Positions 24,501-38,899 are shown, numbered from the stretch's first letter. The stretch is DNA of 64,000 nucleotides from Octopus sinensis (GCF_006345805.1 NC_043021.1:13392001-13456000); one strand, 5' to 3'. Notes: a model not told the origin generated them from the letters alone. A program made the numbers and translations.

Positions 24501-25087
24501 AGGTCAGCAGGTGACTTAAGAGTGAGACAAAGGCTTATGGGTTGGTTTAGTATGAGGAAAGTTCAATGAGATTGTCTTGTTTCATCTGTCTGCTGTAACC
24601 ACATCTCTAAGGAATTGATACAGCAGTCAGTGACTGATCTCAACTGGTTCAGTCTATACATCACATCAGCTGCCAGTAGCTAAGTAACCTTTGTTAAACT
24701 GATGACTTTATGCTGATTATTATCATCCCAGCCGAGCACCAGAGACTGACTAGCAGAATTAGACAACTCTCTGGAGACTTTCAACTAGAGATAAACACAC
24801 ACACACACACACCCTCACAGCAGAAACAAAAAGAAAACCACAAGATTATGAAAGCCACCAGGGAACCAGATTAGCTTACCATATGCAAAGCCAAGATATC
24901 AAACTGACCTAGGGTCACAAGTTTTCAATTATCTGGGCTTTGTTGTCAACCAAACAGCTGACTGAGCCAGCCTTCATATGAGAAGATCAACCCTGAGGTC
25001 ACTCAGTACATTATGAAGAGGTTGCACTCTTGGTAAAACCATTGAGTTGAAACTTTTAAAAAGCCTGGTCTAAACAACAGCATTGTA

Positions 25088-25304
25088 CGAGGGGCTGCTA
25101 AAAAGTTACTGGCTTTAAGGGTATCACAAAAGGCCTGGTTGGAGGCCCAACCTTCTGAGTTCTTTTACAGGGCTTAGAAAAACTGAAGGACCACTGCAAT
25201 AAGTGTGTGAACCTGAGAGCAAAATATGTTGGATAAAATCATAATTAACTGATCCTCCCCTATTTTCTTTTACCCAAAGCCAGGAATTTTACAGCACATC
25301 CTCA
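25088..25304 (+). mobile_element. Internally deleted mariner element
   Basis: TA-flanked degenerate TIRs CGAGGGGCTGCTAAAAAGTTACTGGCTTT / AAAGCCAGGAATTTTACAGCACATCCTCA. Retains the transposase tail ...WLEAQPSEFF/QGLEKLKDHCNKCVNLRAKYVG*. Confidence 0.75.
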
Positions 25305-25357
25305 TATAGGGGTTGAAATATTACCTTCTTAATAAAAAAAGCATTTCACCAATAAGT

Positions 25358-25715
25358 CTTTTACTTTTTTACTTGTTTCTGTCATTTGACTGTGGCCATG
25401 CTGGAACACCGCCTTTAGTCGAGCAAATCGACCCCAGGACTTATTCTTTGTAAGCCTAGTACTTATTCTATCAGTCTCTTTTGCCAAATAGCTAAGTTAC
25501 AGGGACGTAAACACACCAGCATCGGTTGTCAAGCGATGTTGGGGTGGGGGGACAAACACAAACACACATACACATATACATATACATATATACGACGGGC
25601 TTCTTTTCAGTTTCCGTCAACCAAATCCACTCACAAGCCTTTGGTCGGCCCGAGGCTATGGTAGAAGACACTTGCCCAAGCTGTCACGTAGTGGGAATGA
25701 ACCCGGAACCATGTG
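25358..25715 (-). mobile_element. Family A SINE
   Basis: Reverse complement of tail, microsatellite, core and part of the head. Confidence 0.85.
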
Positions 25716-26379
25716 CACCTATAACTATATAAGATATTATAATAGAACTATGATGATACTCAAAAATCTTTATTATGGCTAAAAATTATGCTATTTTACC
25801 CACGTGAGTAGGCATGGCTGTGATAAGCAGAAGCAGAGATGTATAAATAAGAAGTTTATTTCCCAAACATGAAGTTTTAGGTTTGGTACCACTGAATGGC
25901 ACCTTGGGGGAGCAAGTGACATCTGCTACAGTCATGGGCCAACCAAAATCTTGAGAGCAGATTTGGCAAATGGAAACTGGAAGAAGCTCATCAAATGTGT
26001 GTGTGCATGTGTGTGAGTGTGTGCATGTCTTGTATGATAGTTGTAAATGAGTGTCACTGTTATACAAGCAGTGATGTTCATTTTCAATCTTCTGGAGGGC
26101 TAGAGAGGGGAACGGCACATGCATATTTGTGTATGTGTGTGTATACATCTATGTGTGTGCTTGGTGTTGTGTTTGTCCCCACCACAACCATAACCACCAC
26201 CACCACCACATGACAAATGGTGTTGGTTAGTTTATGTCCCCCATAACTTAGCAGTTCAGCAAGAGAGATAGAACAAGTGCCAGGCTTAAAAATAATTACT
26301 GGGGTTGATTTCTTTGGCTAAAATTCTTCAAGGCAGTGCCCCAGCATGGCTGCATTTTAATGACTGGAGTAAGTGAAAG

Positions 26380-26414
<35 letters not shown>

Positions 26415-27242
26415 CTTAATACACACACACACATACACACAAGGCTTCCTCACAGTTTCTGTCTACCAAATTTTTTAGCAGGGCTTAAAAATAATTACTG
26501 GGGTTGATTTGTTCAACTAAACCCTTGAAGGTGGTGCCCACGCATGGCCACAGTCCAATGGCGGAAAACAAGAGAAAGATAAGACATATAACATTTGTCT
26601 GGCACCAGCATTTTTCCATTGCATCCGTTTGATTGCTTAACTTGCTTGCCTTCACTCGAGTGTTCACCCTGGTATCTTGGAAAGTTCAAATATTTGTATG
26701 CTAGAAAGTTTTTTTAGGGTTTTTTTTTTTTGCGAGTAGAAAGTTCAAATATTATTTTTTCATCAATAAATTACTGAAATTTAGCAAATTAGCAAAATGA
26801 ATAAAAGAAAATTACTCCGTTCATTGTTTTTCTCCAAAATTTTGCTCTTTTAAAACCAATTATTCGGATATAAAACATGACCCAGCGATGTGTTGTATGT
26901 CATATGCCATGAAAACTACAGGTTATATGGAAACAAAACAGAAATAATTATATCGGCATACATCGTTACATAGCAACACTATTTCTTTCAGATATTGGTT
27001 GCTATAATTATAGCTAGTAATATAAAATATATTCAACCACCAATAACATGTCTAGATATAACAGAGTAATCCGTAATATAAATGCTATTCACATACTGTA
27101 ATAACAGCAGAAAATATGGCGAAATACTGACCAACAATGTAACTATAACAGTTAGTGTCTTTTACCATTTTGATTTTTATTTGTTTCAGTCATTAGACTA
27201 TGGCCATGTTGGAGCACCAACTAAAAGAAATTTTAGTCGAAT

Positions 27243-28117
27243 AGGCGCAGGAATGGCTGTGTGGTAAGTAGCTTCTCTTTTAGAGAAGCGGAAGTCGGCG
27301 GGCGCTTTCGTCTTCTCCCATCACCATCTTTGTTCCATCACCATCATTCACACCATCAATGTCTATGTCCAGCCCGCAAAGCTACATCTATGTACTGCCT
27401 TCATGGCAAATTAAATGAATAAAAGTAGCTTGCTTACCAACCACATGGTTCCGGGTTCAGTCCCACTGCGTGGAACCTTGGGCAAGTGTCTTCTTTTATA
27501 GCCTTGGGCCGACCAAAGCCTCGTGAGTGGATTTGGTAGACGGAAACTGAAAGAAGCCCATCGTATATATGTATATATGTGTGTGTGTGTGTGTGTATAC
27601 GTTTGTGTGTCTGTGTTTGTCCCCCCAACATTGCTTGACAACTGATGCTGGTGTGTTTACATCCCATAACTTAGCAGTTCGGCAAAAGAGACCGACAGAA
27701 TAAGTACTAGGCTTATAAAGAATAAGTCCTGGGGTCGATTTGCTCAACTAAAGGCGGTGCTCCAGGATGGCCACAGTCAAATGACTGAAACAAGTAAAAG
27801 AGTAGAAGAGAGAGAATGAATCAACCCTGGAGCTTATTAATTTTTTGTAAAGCCTGGTATTTATTCTATGGGTCTCTTTTGCCGAAGTGTTAAGTTGCAA
27901 GGACATAAACACACCAACAATAGGTGTCAAGCGGTTGTGGCAGGCACACACACACACACACACAATGGGCTTCTTTTAGTTTCCATCTACCAGATCTACT
28001 CACAAGGCTTCAGCTCAGCGTGAGGCTATAGTTGAAGACACTTATCCAAGGTGCTACACAGTAGGACTGAAACCAGAACCATGTGATTGTGAAGCAAGCT
28101 TCTTACCACACAGCCAC
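27243..28117. mobile_element. Family A SINE (plus, 27243-27805, interrupted at 27275-27422) tail-to-tail with a minus copy (27815-28117)
   Basis: Head is split by a 148-bp insert flanked by a duplicated AAGTAGCTT. Confidence 0.85.
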
Positions 28118-28459
28118 TAGCCACATATTGTGTACTACAAATTATATTCAAACACTAGCCACATGTAGTGGTTCACAGAATATAAATCCAGCTTCTCACA
28201 GCATGTGTATATATAACAGTTAGTAGCTCTAGCATAGCTAGAGTGGAGCTGAGGAGGCATTCTGCTCGGATGGCACTTTTATGGGGCAGCACCACATTTG
28301 GGTCTACTGTACCAGCCTTAAAAAAAAAAAAGAGACAGAGGTCGATTCATTTGACTAAAAATTCTTCAAAGCAGTGCCCCAGCATGGCCACAGTCTAATG
28401 ACTGAAACAGGTAAAATATAAAAGAATAGTATGAAACAGCTTCTTCTTCTTCATTGTCG

Positions 28460-28885
28460 TCGTCATCGTTTAACGTCCACTTTCCATGCTAGCATGGGTT
28501 GGACGATTTGACTGAGGACTGGCAAACATGATGGCTGCACCAGGCTCCAATCTGATCTGGCAGAGTATCTACAGTTGGATGCCCTTCCTAACGCCAACCA
28601 CTCCAAGTGTGCAAAGGTTGCTTTCAGGTGCCACCGGCAGAGGGCCAGTCAGGCAGTACTGGCAACAGCCACGCTCAAATGGTGTTTTTTTACGTGCCAC
28701 CTGCACAGGAGCCAGTCCAGTGGCACTGGCAACAACCTTGCTCGAATGTTTTTTCACATCCCACCGGCACATATGCCAGTAAGGCAAAGCTGGTAATGAT
28801 CATGCTCGAATGGTGCTTTTTACGTGCCACCAGCACTGAAGCTAGTCAGCTGCTCTGGCAACAATCACGCTGAGATGGGGCTCTT
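28460..28885 (-). mobile_element. RTE-clade 3' UTR with ~64-bp tandem units
   Basis: Same tail as 7088, followed by four GTGCCACC...CGCTCAAATGGTG-type units. Confidence 0.8.
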
Positions 28886-29859
28886 ACATATAGATATCAT
28901 AGTTATTAATACAAAATCTGCATCAAAATACTAGTGAGATTTGTAGATGTAATCATCAGCAGTACAACACACACCTTCAAATGCTAACTCCATCATTTTC
29001 CTCACTGCATTCACATCCACTTTTCCATGCTTGCATGGCTCAGACAGAATTTGAGGCAGATTTTCTACAGCCTTCACCCATTTCCAAGAAAAGTATTGGG
29101 CTGGTACATAATTATTGTGGCTTTTTTTCAACAAAAACAATAACAACATGTAACAAAAACATCTTTAAATGATTATTCCGGAGCATATTCACCATCAACT
29201 TCAATTACTGCTTCCCATTTGCTTGGCTGATGGTCAGACTGTCATTTAAATATGTTTTTGTTAAATATTGTTATTGATTTTGTTGAATAAAATTTGTTGA
29301 AAAAAAGCTGCAATAATTATGCACCAACCCAATAATATTTCTCCATGGCAATACATATTTTCATGCAAGACTGGAAATAAAAGACATTGCTTGTGTAACA
29401 GTGCCACTTATTTGCAACTACCATGCTATGTCAAAGCAAGGAGACAGTAATACACACAATTATAGATATGACAGCATTAGGAAGATCATCTAACCATAGA
29501 AACCATGCCAGATTAGACTGGAACTTGGTGCAGCACACCAGCTTACCACTTCCAGTCAAACCGTCTAACCCCATGCTAGTATGGAAAGCAAACATTAAAT
29601 GATGATGATGGACTTCTTTCAGTTTCCATCAACCAAATCCACTCACAAAGCTTTGGTTGTCTAAGGAATATAACAGATGCCCAAGATGACATGCAGTGGG
29701 ACAGAACCATAAACCATGCAGTTGGGAAGCAAACTTCTTACCACATAGCCAGGTGTGCACCTCTACAGAGAGACTGTTTCCCTTTGCTCTCATTTGTTAA
29801 GTTTTGGGTTAATATTTGATAAAATATAACTTCTGATTGTCCAACAAAATGAAACTGAC

Positions 29860-30975
29860 AAGTTTACATCAAACACAGCTCTGTACCATCACTCAAGCAT
29901 CAAATTGGTCACATATAAGGCAGAGTTCAGCTCAACAGTAGTAAAAAAAATTGTTATATAAGTATGACAGAAGGTCAATTTAAGCAAAAATTCTATAAAC
30001 AGTTATTATCATTTGAATATTCAGACAACTAAATACCTACAACACTGAAAAGCTATATATGGTCCTGACAGGCTTACATCAAACATGGCCTTATCTCATC
30101 ACAAAAACATCATGATCATATATAAGGTAGAGTTCAGTTCAACAGTGGTGAAAAAATATCATACAGGCATGATAAAAGGTCAGTTTAAGCAAAGATTCTA
30201 TCAACAGTTATTATTATTTAAATACTCAAACAACCATACATCCATGACATTGAGAAGCTATATATGGTCCTTGAAAGATAGAAAGATCGACCAGGACATT
30301 GAATGGAATATGATCAAGAAACCAATAACCCAAATGAATATAAGCGCAAATTCTGCGTAACACATACGACAGATAGATTCCACAAAAACCTTTTGCCTCT
30401 ATTGTCTTGAGACAGCATTCACCTGGGGTGGGTTGAGCTGGCTTCATTCATCCTCAAAGCTGCATCTCTCACATCTCCCCACTAAAGTCTAACCCCCTCC
30501 TCATCGTGGTAAGGGGGTGAAATGGGAGTGTCAGAGCTATGCCGTTGGAGGCTTTGGTATCTGGTAAGGCCACCCAAGGAGGATTGTTCTGACACCCAGC
30601 AGTATCAGGGCCGCACCTGACTAATGGGGCTCTGGTGAACAGAAGCGTCTGATCCGGCAACCGGCGGCTTCAACCCGTCCTGTCCCTGCGTCTGTGGAAA
30701 ATCTACGGCAAACAAGACGTTCTCCCAACAGGGATATACTTGCAGCTGGGGACCGCTAGCGAACTTCCTATTCCCAATATCCTTCAAACATTCCTTATGT
30801 ACATCTCACCTTCTTCAATGACAAACCCCTTTGCCTCTATTCTTTGTATCAAAGTATAAAACATTCTACAGTTTATCTTCATTGATATACAAACTTACTC
30901 AGAAGTAAGACAATAGAATACAAGAATTTTAATGATGGTCTACACAGGGAAATACTTAAGCTGAGAATATTCATG
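29860..30975 (+). pseudogene. Penelope-like element GIY-YIG endonuclease remnant (N-terminal part tandemly duplicated; interrupted at ~30357-30838)
   Basis: IIYKVEFSSTVVKKYHTGMIKGQFKQRFYQQLLLFKYSNNHTSMTLRSYIWSLKDRKIDQDIEWNMIKK, then with frameshifts KFC|ILCIKV...NLLRSK...LHRE. An earlier partial copy lies at 29860-30066. Confidence 0.8.
30404..30822 (+). mobile_element. RTE-clade LINE 5' UTR-like insert
   Basis: GC-rich CCTCATCGTGGTAAGGGGG...GAGCTATGCCGTTGG...GGCCACCCAAG resembles the conserved RTE/BovB-type 5' motif. Confidence 0.55.
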
Positions 30976-31758
30976 ACATTTCATTGTTCCCATGTCACTT
31001 TTATAGGCGCAGGCTTGACTATGTGGTTAAGAAGGTTTACTTTGCATGTTTAGTAAATATGTGTGTATTTGCACTATGTGTGTGTGTGTGTTTGTGTGTG
31101 TCTATGTCCATGTCTGTGAGTATACGTCCATGTATATGTGCTTGCGAGTGTGTATGTATGTGTAAATGCTTGCATGTGAAGGTGTATGCGTATATGCATG
31201 TGTGTGTCTATGTCCATGTATATGTGCTTGCGAGTGTGTATGTATGTGTAAATGCTTGCATGTGAATGTGTACATGTATATGCATGTGTGTGTGTATATG
31301 TATGCGTATGTGTATATGCGTGTGTGTAAATATGCTGGCGTATGTGAGCATGTTATTGCTTGTGTGTGTGTGTGTATGCAAGTATGCTTGTATGCTTGCA
31401 TGTGTGTGTCTGTGCTTGTGTGTATATGTAATGCTCGCGTATGTGCATGTATGTATAGGCTTGTGTGTTTATGTATGTATGTGTGAATTTGCGCCACATA
31501 TTTGTTTTGTGTGTGTGTGTATATATATATGTGTATGTTTGTTACATGTGCATGTAAATATATATGTGTGTATGTATGTATAAATGTGCGGGGGCCGTAT
31601 TGATCCATTCAGTTAGTTCCCTTACAAGAAATCGTTTTAATAGACATCTCAAGATCGATAAAGACATAGAAAATAAACAAGATACCACCACCACCACAAC
31701 TACTACCACCTCTGCTACAACTACTACTACTACCACAACTACTACCACCTCTACTACA

Positions 31759-31790
<32 letters not shown>

Positions 31791-32620
31791 CACCACCACT
31801 AAAAAGTATGACAGCCACCCCTACTACCATACACTATTACTACTACTATTACTACTACTACCACCACCACCACCACCACTGCAACTACTACCATCTCTGC
31901 TACAACAACTACTACTACCACCATTACCACAAGTACTACTACCACTACAACCACCACCACTACTACTACCACCACCTCTACTATCACCACCACTAAAAAA
32001 ATATGACAGCCACCCCTACTACCACCACCACCACCACCACCACTTCAACTACTACCACCTCTGCTACAACAACTATTAACACTACTACCACCACTACTTA
32101 CTACCACTACAACTACCATCACCACCACTAAAAATATAACAGCCACCCCTACTACCATACACTACTACTACTACTACTACCACTACCACCAGCATTATCA
32201 TCTCAAATTCCTTTCACCCACTCTCTACTGTTATCATCACGTATATTACTATAGCCACCCTCACCACAACCATCAATACTACCACCTGCCACTTCAAATA
32301 CTACTACTACTACCACCACTGCTGCCACTACTGAAATAATCAGCACTCCACCACCACCACCACTACTACTGATAACAACAACAACAACAGTGCCACAAAC
32401 CCCACCATTACTACTCACAACCACTACCAATACTACACTTACTACTACTACTACTACTACCATAATCACCACAGCCACCACCATCACCACTACCAATATT
32501 ACTGCACACATCAACACTGTTACCACTATTATTATCCCAAAACACCACCTCTACCACCATATCCACCAAAACTATATCTGCCACCACAATTACCACCTAT
32601 ATGCCACCACCATTACTACC

Positions 32621-32850
32621 TATTTCTTTACTACCCACAAGGGGCTAAACACAGAGAGGACAAACAAGGACAGACACACGGATTAAGTCGATTATATCGA
32701 CCCCAGTGCGTAACTGGTACTTAATTTATCGACCCCGAAAGGATGAAAGGCAAAGTCGACCTCGGCGGATTTGAACTCAGAACGTAACAGCAGACGAAAT
32801 ACCGCTAAGCATTTCGCCCGGTGTGCTAATGTTTCTCTCAGCTCGCCGCC
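32621..32850 (-). mobile_element. Family M SINE, young copy
   Basis: CpG-rich, near-identical to 13440-13673. Confidence 0.85.
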
Positions 32851-33964
32851 TTTACTACCACCATATCCACCACCTCCACAACTACCACCACCACCACTAC
32901 CGCCATATCTGCCACTACAACAATAGAACAAGTACCAGGCTTTTAAAAAAATGAGTTCTAGGGTTGAATCTTCAAGATAGTGCTCCAGCATGGCTACAGT
33001 CTAATGACTAAGACATATAACAGATAAAGGAAAAAATGAAACATACTTACACACACACACACATACACATACATACACATACACACAATGTAATGAATTT
33101 CTGCTAGAACTTTTCTGCTCCTTTCCTAAGGTAAGATCTCTGGACAGACCCATGCTTGCTTGCATCAGTCCAGCGATATGCAAACAATCATTCCTCAAAA
33201 CTAAAGCAGTTCTAATGAACACACCACCACCTGTGTCCCTCTGCGACTTTCCTCTTCTCTGTTGGCCTATGATTTCCCAGTACGCAATAAACTGGCAGAA
33301 GATCAGATGGAATATCAACTGCATCGACCTCGTTACTGCATTGTGGTTGAGGTGTGTGAGTGTGTGTGTGGGGGGGTGATGTATCCAATATACTGGTGCA
33401 GGCACGATCATGTGGTAAGAAGCTTGCCTCTCACCCTCGTGGTTTTGAGTTCAGTCCCACTGCATGGTACCTCTGGCAAGTCTTTTCTATTTTTCTATTA
33501 TAGCGCAAGGCCTTGGAATTGGATTTGGTAGATGGAAACTGATAGAGGCCCCTCATATATATATATGTCTCTCTCTGTCACACTGTAACCTTTCATCATC
33601 TGACACAAGTTCACCTCCAATTACCCCTCCCCACTCAAAAATTCCTTGTCTTGCAAGTTACTTGGTGACCCTGCTGGTGCTGGCACCATGTAAATAGCAT
33701 CCAGTCCACACTGTAAAGTGGTTGGCAAGTGGAAGGGCATCCAGCCAAAAAACCATGCCAAAACTGACCTCACCTGTGCAGGAGCCACATAAAAAGCACT
33801 CAGTTCACTATGCTGGGTAGTTGGAAGGGCATACAGCTGTGAAAACCATGCCAAAATAGACGCAGACGTCTGGTACAGGCTCCTGCCTAGCCAGCTCCTG
33901 TCAAACTGTCTAACCCATTCCAGCATGGAAAGTGGATGTATATATCATCATCATTATCACCATC

Positions 33965-34700
33965 ATCATCATTGTTTAATGTTTGCTTTCCATGCTCGCA
34001 TGGGTTGGAAGGTTTGACTGAGGGCTGGCAAGCCAGGAGGCTGCATGATCTCGCAAGCTGATCTGGCAAGGTTTCTACGGCTGGATGCCCTTCAGAACAC
34101 CAACCACTCTGAGAGTGTAGTGGGTGCTTTTTACATACTACTGGCATGGGAGACAGTCAAGTGGCACGGGCATCGACCACATTCGTATGGTGCAATTTAC
34201 ATGCCACCGGCACGGGGACCAGTCCAGAGGGACTGGCATCGACCATGCTTGAATGGTACTTTTCATGTGCCACCAGCAGGGATACCAATCATGCTGCACT
34301 GGCATCAGCCACGACAATGATTTCACTTGACTCAGCAGGTCTTCTCAAGTATAGTTTATTGCCCAATGAGCCAGTTATGTGACACAGGCATAAGCCACAG
34401 TTACGGTCTCATTTGGCTTGCCGGGTCTTCTCAAGCACAGCATATCTCCCAAGGTCTCGGTCACTTGTCATTGCCTCCATGAGGCCCACCGTTCGAAGGT
34501 TATGTTTCACCACCTCATCCCAGGTCTTCCTGAGTCTATCTCTTCAACAGGATCCCTCCACTGTTAGGATGTGACACTTTTACACACAGCTCTCCACATC
34601 CATACTTAACATATGACCATACCAGCACAGACGTCTCTCTTGCACACCACATCTAATGCTTTTTATGTCCAACTTTTCTTTCAGGGCACTTACACTCTGG
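33965..34700 (-). mobile_element. RTE-clade LINE, 5'-truncated (ORF C-terminus plus 3' UTR)
   Basis: Minus translation ...SIRCGVQERRLCWYGHMLSMDVESCV*KCHILTVEGSC*RDRLRKTWDEVVKHNLRTVGL...AVLEKTRQAK*, with a (GAT)n tail. Confidence 0.85.
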
Positions 34701-34914
34701 GGAACTTACAAAAATCTCTAAGACCAGTCATGTAACTATCCCCTACAAATCAAATCCTATTCAAAACGTATACTAATTTGAGCCATGTCCAGTCATAGAG
34801 TGACCAATTGTTTCACATCCATAAAGGGCTCAGCATTACTGGGGCTAAGCCCTTTGTGGCTGTAAAACTATTGGTCACCATGACCAGATGTAGACTTAAT
34901 TATCTATAAATATA

Positions 34915-35041
34915 TAGACAGACAAACTTAATTATCTATAAATATATAGACAGACAGACAAATAGATAGAAAGCTAGATAGACAAGTAGAGAGATATAGA
35001 CAAATAGATAGATAGAGAAATAGACAGACAGACAGACAGAC

Positions 35042-35088
<47 letters not shown>

Positions 35089-35110
35089 CAGGCAGGCAGG
35101 CAGACAGGCG

Positions 35111-35184
<74 letters not shown>

Positions 35185-35243
35185 CAAATAGATAGACAGA
35201 TAGACAAATAGGTAGCTAGCTAGCTAGACAGACAGACAGACAG
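34915..35243. repeat. (GATA)n/(GACA)n tetranucleotide microsatellite
   Basis: Direct reading. Confidence 0.95.
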
Positions 35244-35923
35244 TCTGTCTTCATGTCTGATGATTGCAGTCAGTTTTTTTTTTATGACTCTTCAGAAGAA
35301 ATACCGCTAAGCATTTTGCTCAGCATGTTAACAATTCTGCCAAGACATGATCAAGTTGTGAAAGTTTCACACTGGAAGCTTTGTCAGAAACAGCGGTTTG
35401 AAGCAGGAAGTACACGGTACTCTCATTAAGTAGAAAGGATGCTAGAGTTGGAAAAGCGAAAGATTTTGTGGGATTTTCCCCTTCAAACAGATAAGAAGTT
35501 GGAACATGACAGACTAGTGTTTAACTGGTACAGACTTTATAGACCCCAGAAGGATGACAGGTAAAGCCAATCTTGGAGAAATTTGAAGTTAGTATTGGTG
35601 GTGGCGGTGGTGGTGGTGGTGGTGGTGGTGGTGGTGGTGGTGGTGATGGCAGTAGTAGTGTTGCTATTGGTGGTGGTGAGGTGATAGTATTGGAAGATTG
35701 GTAGTGGTGGTAGTGTTGGGGTGATAGTGTTGTTGTTGGTGGTGGTGGTGGTAGTCGATGTAGTGATAATGATAGTGTTGGTGATAGTATTTGAGGTGAT
35801 AGTTTTGGTAGATTGGTAGTGGTGGTAGTGTTGGGTTGATAGTGTTGTTGTTGGTGGTGGTGGTGGTGGTGGTGGTAGTTGATGTAGTGATAATGATAGT
35901 GTTGGCAATAGTTTCGGTGTTGA

Positions 35924-36250
35924 GAAGGTGCATGGCTCAGTGGTTAGGGCATTTGGCTCACAAGCATAAGGTCATGAGTTCAATTCCCAGTGACACATTG
36001 CGTCCTTGAGCAAGACACTTTATTTCACATTGCCTCAGTTCACTCAGCTGGCAAAAAATGAGTAGTACCCGTAATTACAAAGGGGCCAGCCTTGTCGCAT
36101 TCTTTATTATGTTGGCACTCCCTGAGAACTACGCTAAGGGTACACGTGTCTGTGGAGTGCTCAGCCACTTCTATGTTAATTTCATAAGCAAACTGTTCCA
36201 TTGGTCGGATCAACTGGAACCTTCGTTGTCGTAACAAATGGAGTGCCAGT
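35924..36250 (+). mobile_element. Family B SINE with an alternative tail
   Basis: GAAGGTGCATGGCTCAGTGGTTAGGG...GAGTTCAATTCCC...TCCTTGAGCAAGACACTTTATTTC. Confidence 0.8.
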
Positions 36251-36998
36251 TAGTGGTGGTGGTGGTGGCGGCAGTAAACAGTAGTAGCAGAATGGAATTG
36301 GTGCTGGCGGTGACAAGGGAATTTCTGTGAAATTTAACAATTATTTTCAAAGCATTAAATTTGTGTGGGTAGATGGGTAGGGGAAAGGTGGTTGTGGTTT
36401 TTGGGGGTGGCAGTAGGAATGGTGGTGGTCGTGGTGATGCTGACGATTGTGGTGATGGTGTTAGCGGCAGCGGAGGTGGTAGTGATGGTGCTGATGGTAG
36501 AGGAGATTATTAAGTAGTAGTGGTAGTAGCAGCAGCAGCAGCAGTGGTGGTGATTGTGGTGGAGTTGATGGTGGTAGTGGTGGTGGTAATATCACCACCA
36601 ATCATGAATGATGGAATTTTTAAGAATATTCATTGTCGAAAATTAAAGTTTTACTGGGTGGTGGGGAAATTAGTTGTTGAGGAAATTCAGCTGCCATTTC
36701 TTGCAAGCTGTACAGCCCCGGAGAGACTCCCTCTTCAAGGAGCTGCACAGTCTTTGTAGTAGTGGTGGTGGACTTATTCGTTCAGAAAAATTTCTTCCAC
36801 AAGGACTTACTTCACCATAACAAAGTTGGCAATGATCTTCATAAATAATTGCTACGGAATGATTAATCTGATGTAATTTCCAGCCTCTCTCATGCACACA
36901 CACACACACACACACACACAATCTGCATTGTTTCTTTAATCACATTCTCCTTACTGAATTCATTCTTTCCCCTCAACATACACACACAGTTAACATAC

Positions 36999-37033
<35 letters not shown>

Positions 37034-37074
37034 AGTTTTACGTGATTACTATATAAATATACATATCTCTATAA

Positions 37075-37106
<32 letters not shown>

Positions 37107-37407
37107 CACACATATACATAAGTGGGAGGTTTACTTGATAACTAAATCTATATATATATAGACATATACATATATACATATACATACATATATAAATATA
37201 CGTACACATATATACAGATATATATGTATGTATATATGTACATATGTATGTATGTATGTACATATGTATGTACGTACGTATGTACGTATGTACGTACGTA
37301 CATACGTATGTAGGATGTATGTATGTATGTATGTAAGTATGTATGTATGCATATGTGTGTATATCTATCTTTCAAATCACTTCCTAACTCTTTAATATAT
37401 CTCTTCC

Positions 37408-37457
<50 letters not shown>

Positions 37458-38517
37458 CTTTTGCAAAATACACAAACAATTTACACTACCTGAAATATTT
37501 AGGAAATAAAAAAACTGTTTAAAATAGTTTTGCAGTTTGTACTCTCTGCTGTCACCACCACCACCACCACCACAACTACCACCACAGCCACCACCACCAC
37601 CATCATCAAAATAACTATTACTGCCACAGCTACCACCACGACATACACCACAACTGTCAACACTACCACCACCACCACTACCACTACCACAAATACCAAC
37701 ACCAACATCACCACCACAATTATCAATATTAACATCACCACCACAGCCACCACCACTAAAACTACCAACCCCACCACCGTCACTGCCAAAACCAGCACCG
37801 CCACCCCAATACAAGTGACTCACTCACAACTTCTTTCCTTATGAAAGCGGAAATAAAAGTAAAAAAATTTGGTCCCTCACTCCCTCCTCGTCCCCTCTCA
37901 ATACAAAAAGCCCCCACCACCACCACCACCTCCAAGAAAACACCATTTTATCTCAATCCAATGTTGTAAGAGTTTGTTCTTGTTGCTGTTGCCGTTCTTG
38001 TAGCTGTTGTTGCTACTGTTTGTCTAGTAGTTGTTGATTTTAGTCGTCTTACACAGAATTTAAAGAGTGAATTGGAGAAAGCCGGACAATCCGGATGATA
38101 CAAGATATATCTGTTTGATTAACTGATTGATTAACGAAGCAACGAGGGAGTTGGGACATGTCAAATCTCTCTCGAATATTACTCTAATGTCTTAAATGGA
38201 AGAACACATTCAATAGTGTAATCCTAGATACATGATGTCAGCAGGGAGTATGGAGGATGCAGGGGTGAATGGCAAGATGTCTGTAGGCAGAGCATCTTTG
38301 GTCATAGGTTTGCTCGCTCTATGCTGGTTTCTGGTTAAGAGGTGGAGGAATGCTGATGTGGTTAAGAAGTTGGCTTCCCAATCATGTGGTTCTGAGTTCA
38401 GTCCCACAGTACAGCATCGTTTAACTTGGGCCAACAAATACCATGTCAGCACTTTATAGGTGTGAAACCAATGGTCACTCTCTGACCAGCCATAACAGAC
38501 AAACTCCTGAATATATG

Positions 38518-38551
<34 letters not shown>

Positions 38552-38843
38552 TATACATAAGTGGGAGGTTTACTTGATAACTAAATCTATATATATATAG
38601 ACATATACATATATACATATACATACATATATAAATATACGTACACATATATACAGATATATATGTATGTATATATGTACATATGTATGTATGTATGTAC
38701 ATATGTATGTACGTACGTATGTATGTACGTACGTACATACGTATGTAGGTATGTATGTATGTATGTATGTAAGTATGTATGTATGCATATGTGTGTATAT
38801 CTATCTTTCAAATCACTTCCTAACTCTTTAATATATCTCTTCC

Positions 38844-38899
<56 letters not shown>

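Noticed and set aside
24510-25080. Unique segment with a short stem (CTGCTGTA...TACAGCAG) and a minus-strand GTAAGC
   Set aside because: The stem is too short for a pre-miRNA and I found no matching acceptor; cannot be supported beyond possible regulatory DNA.
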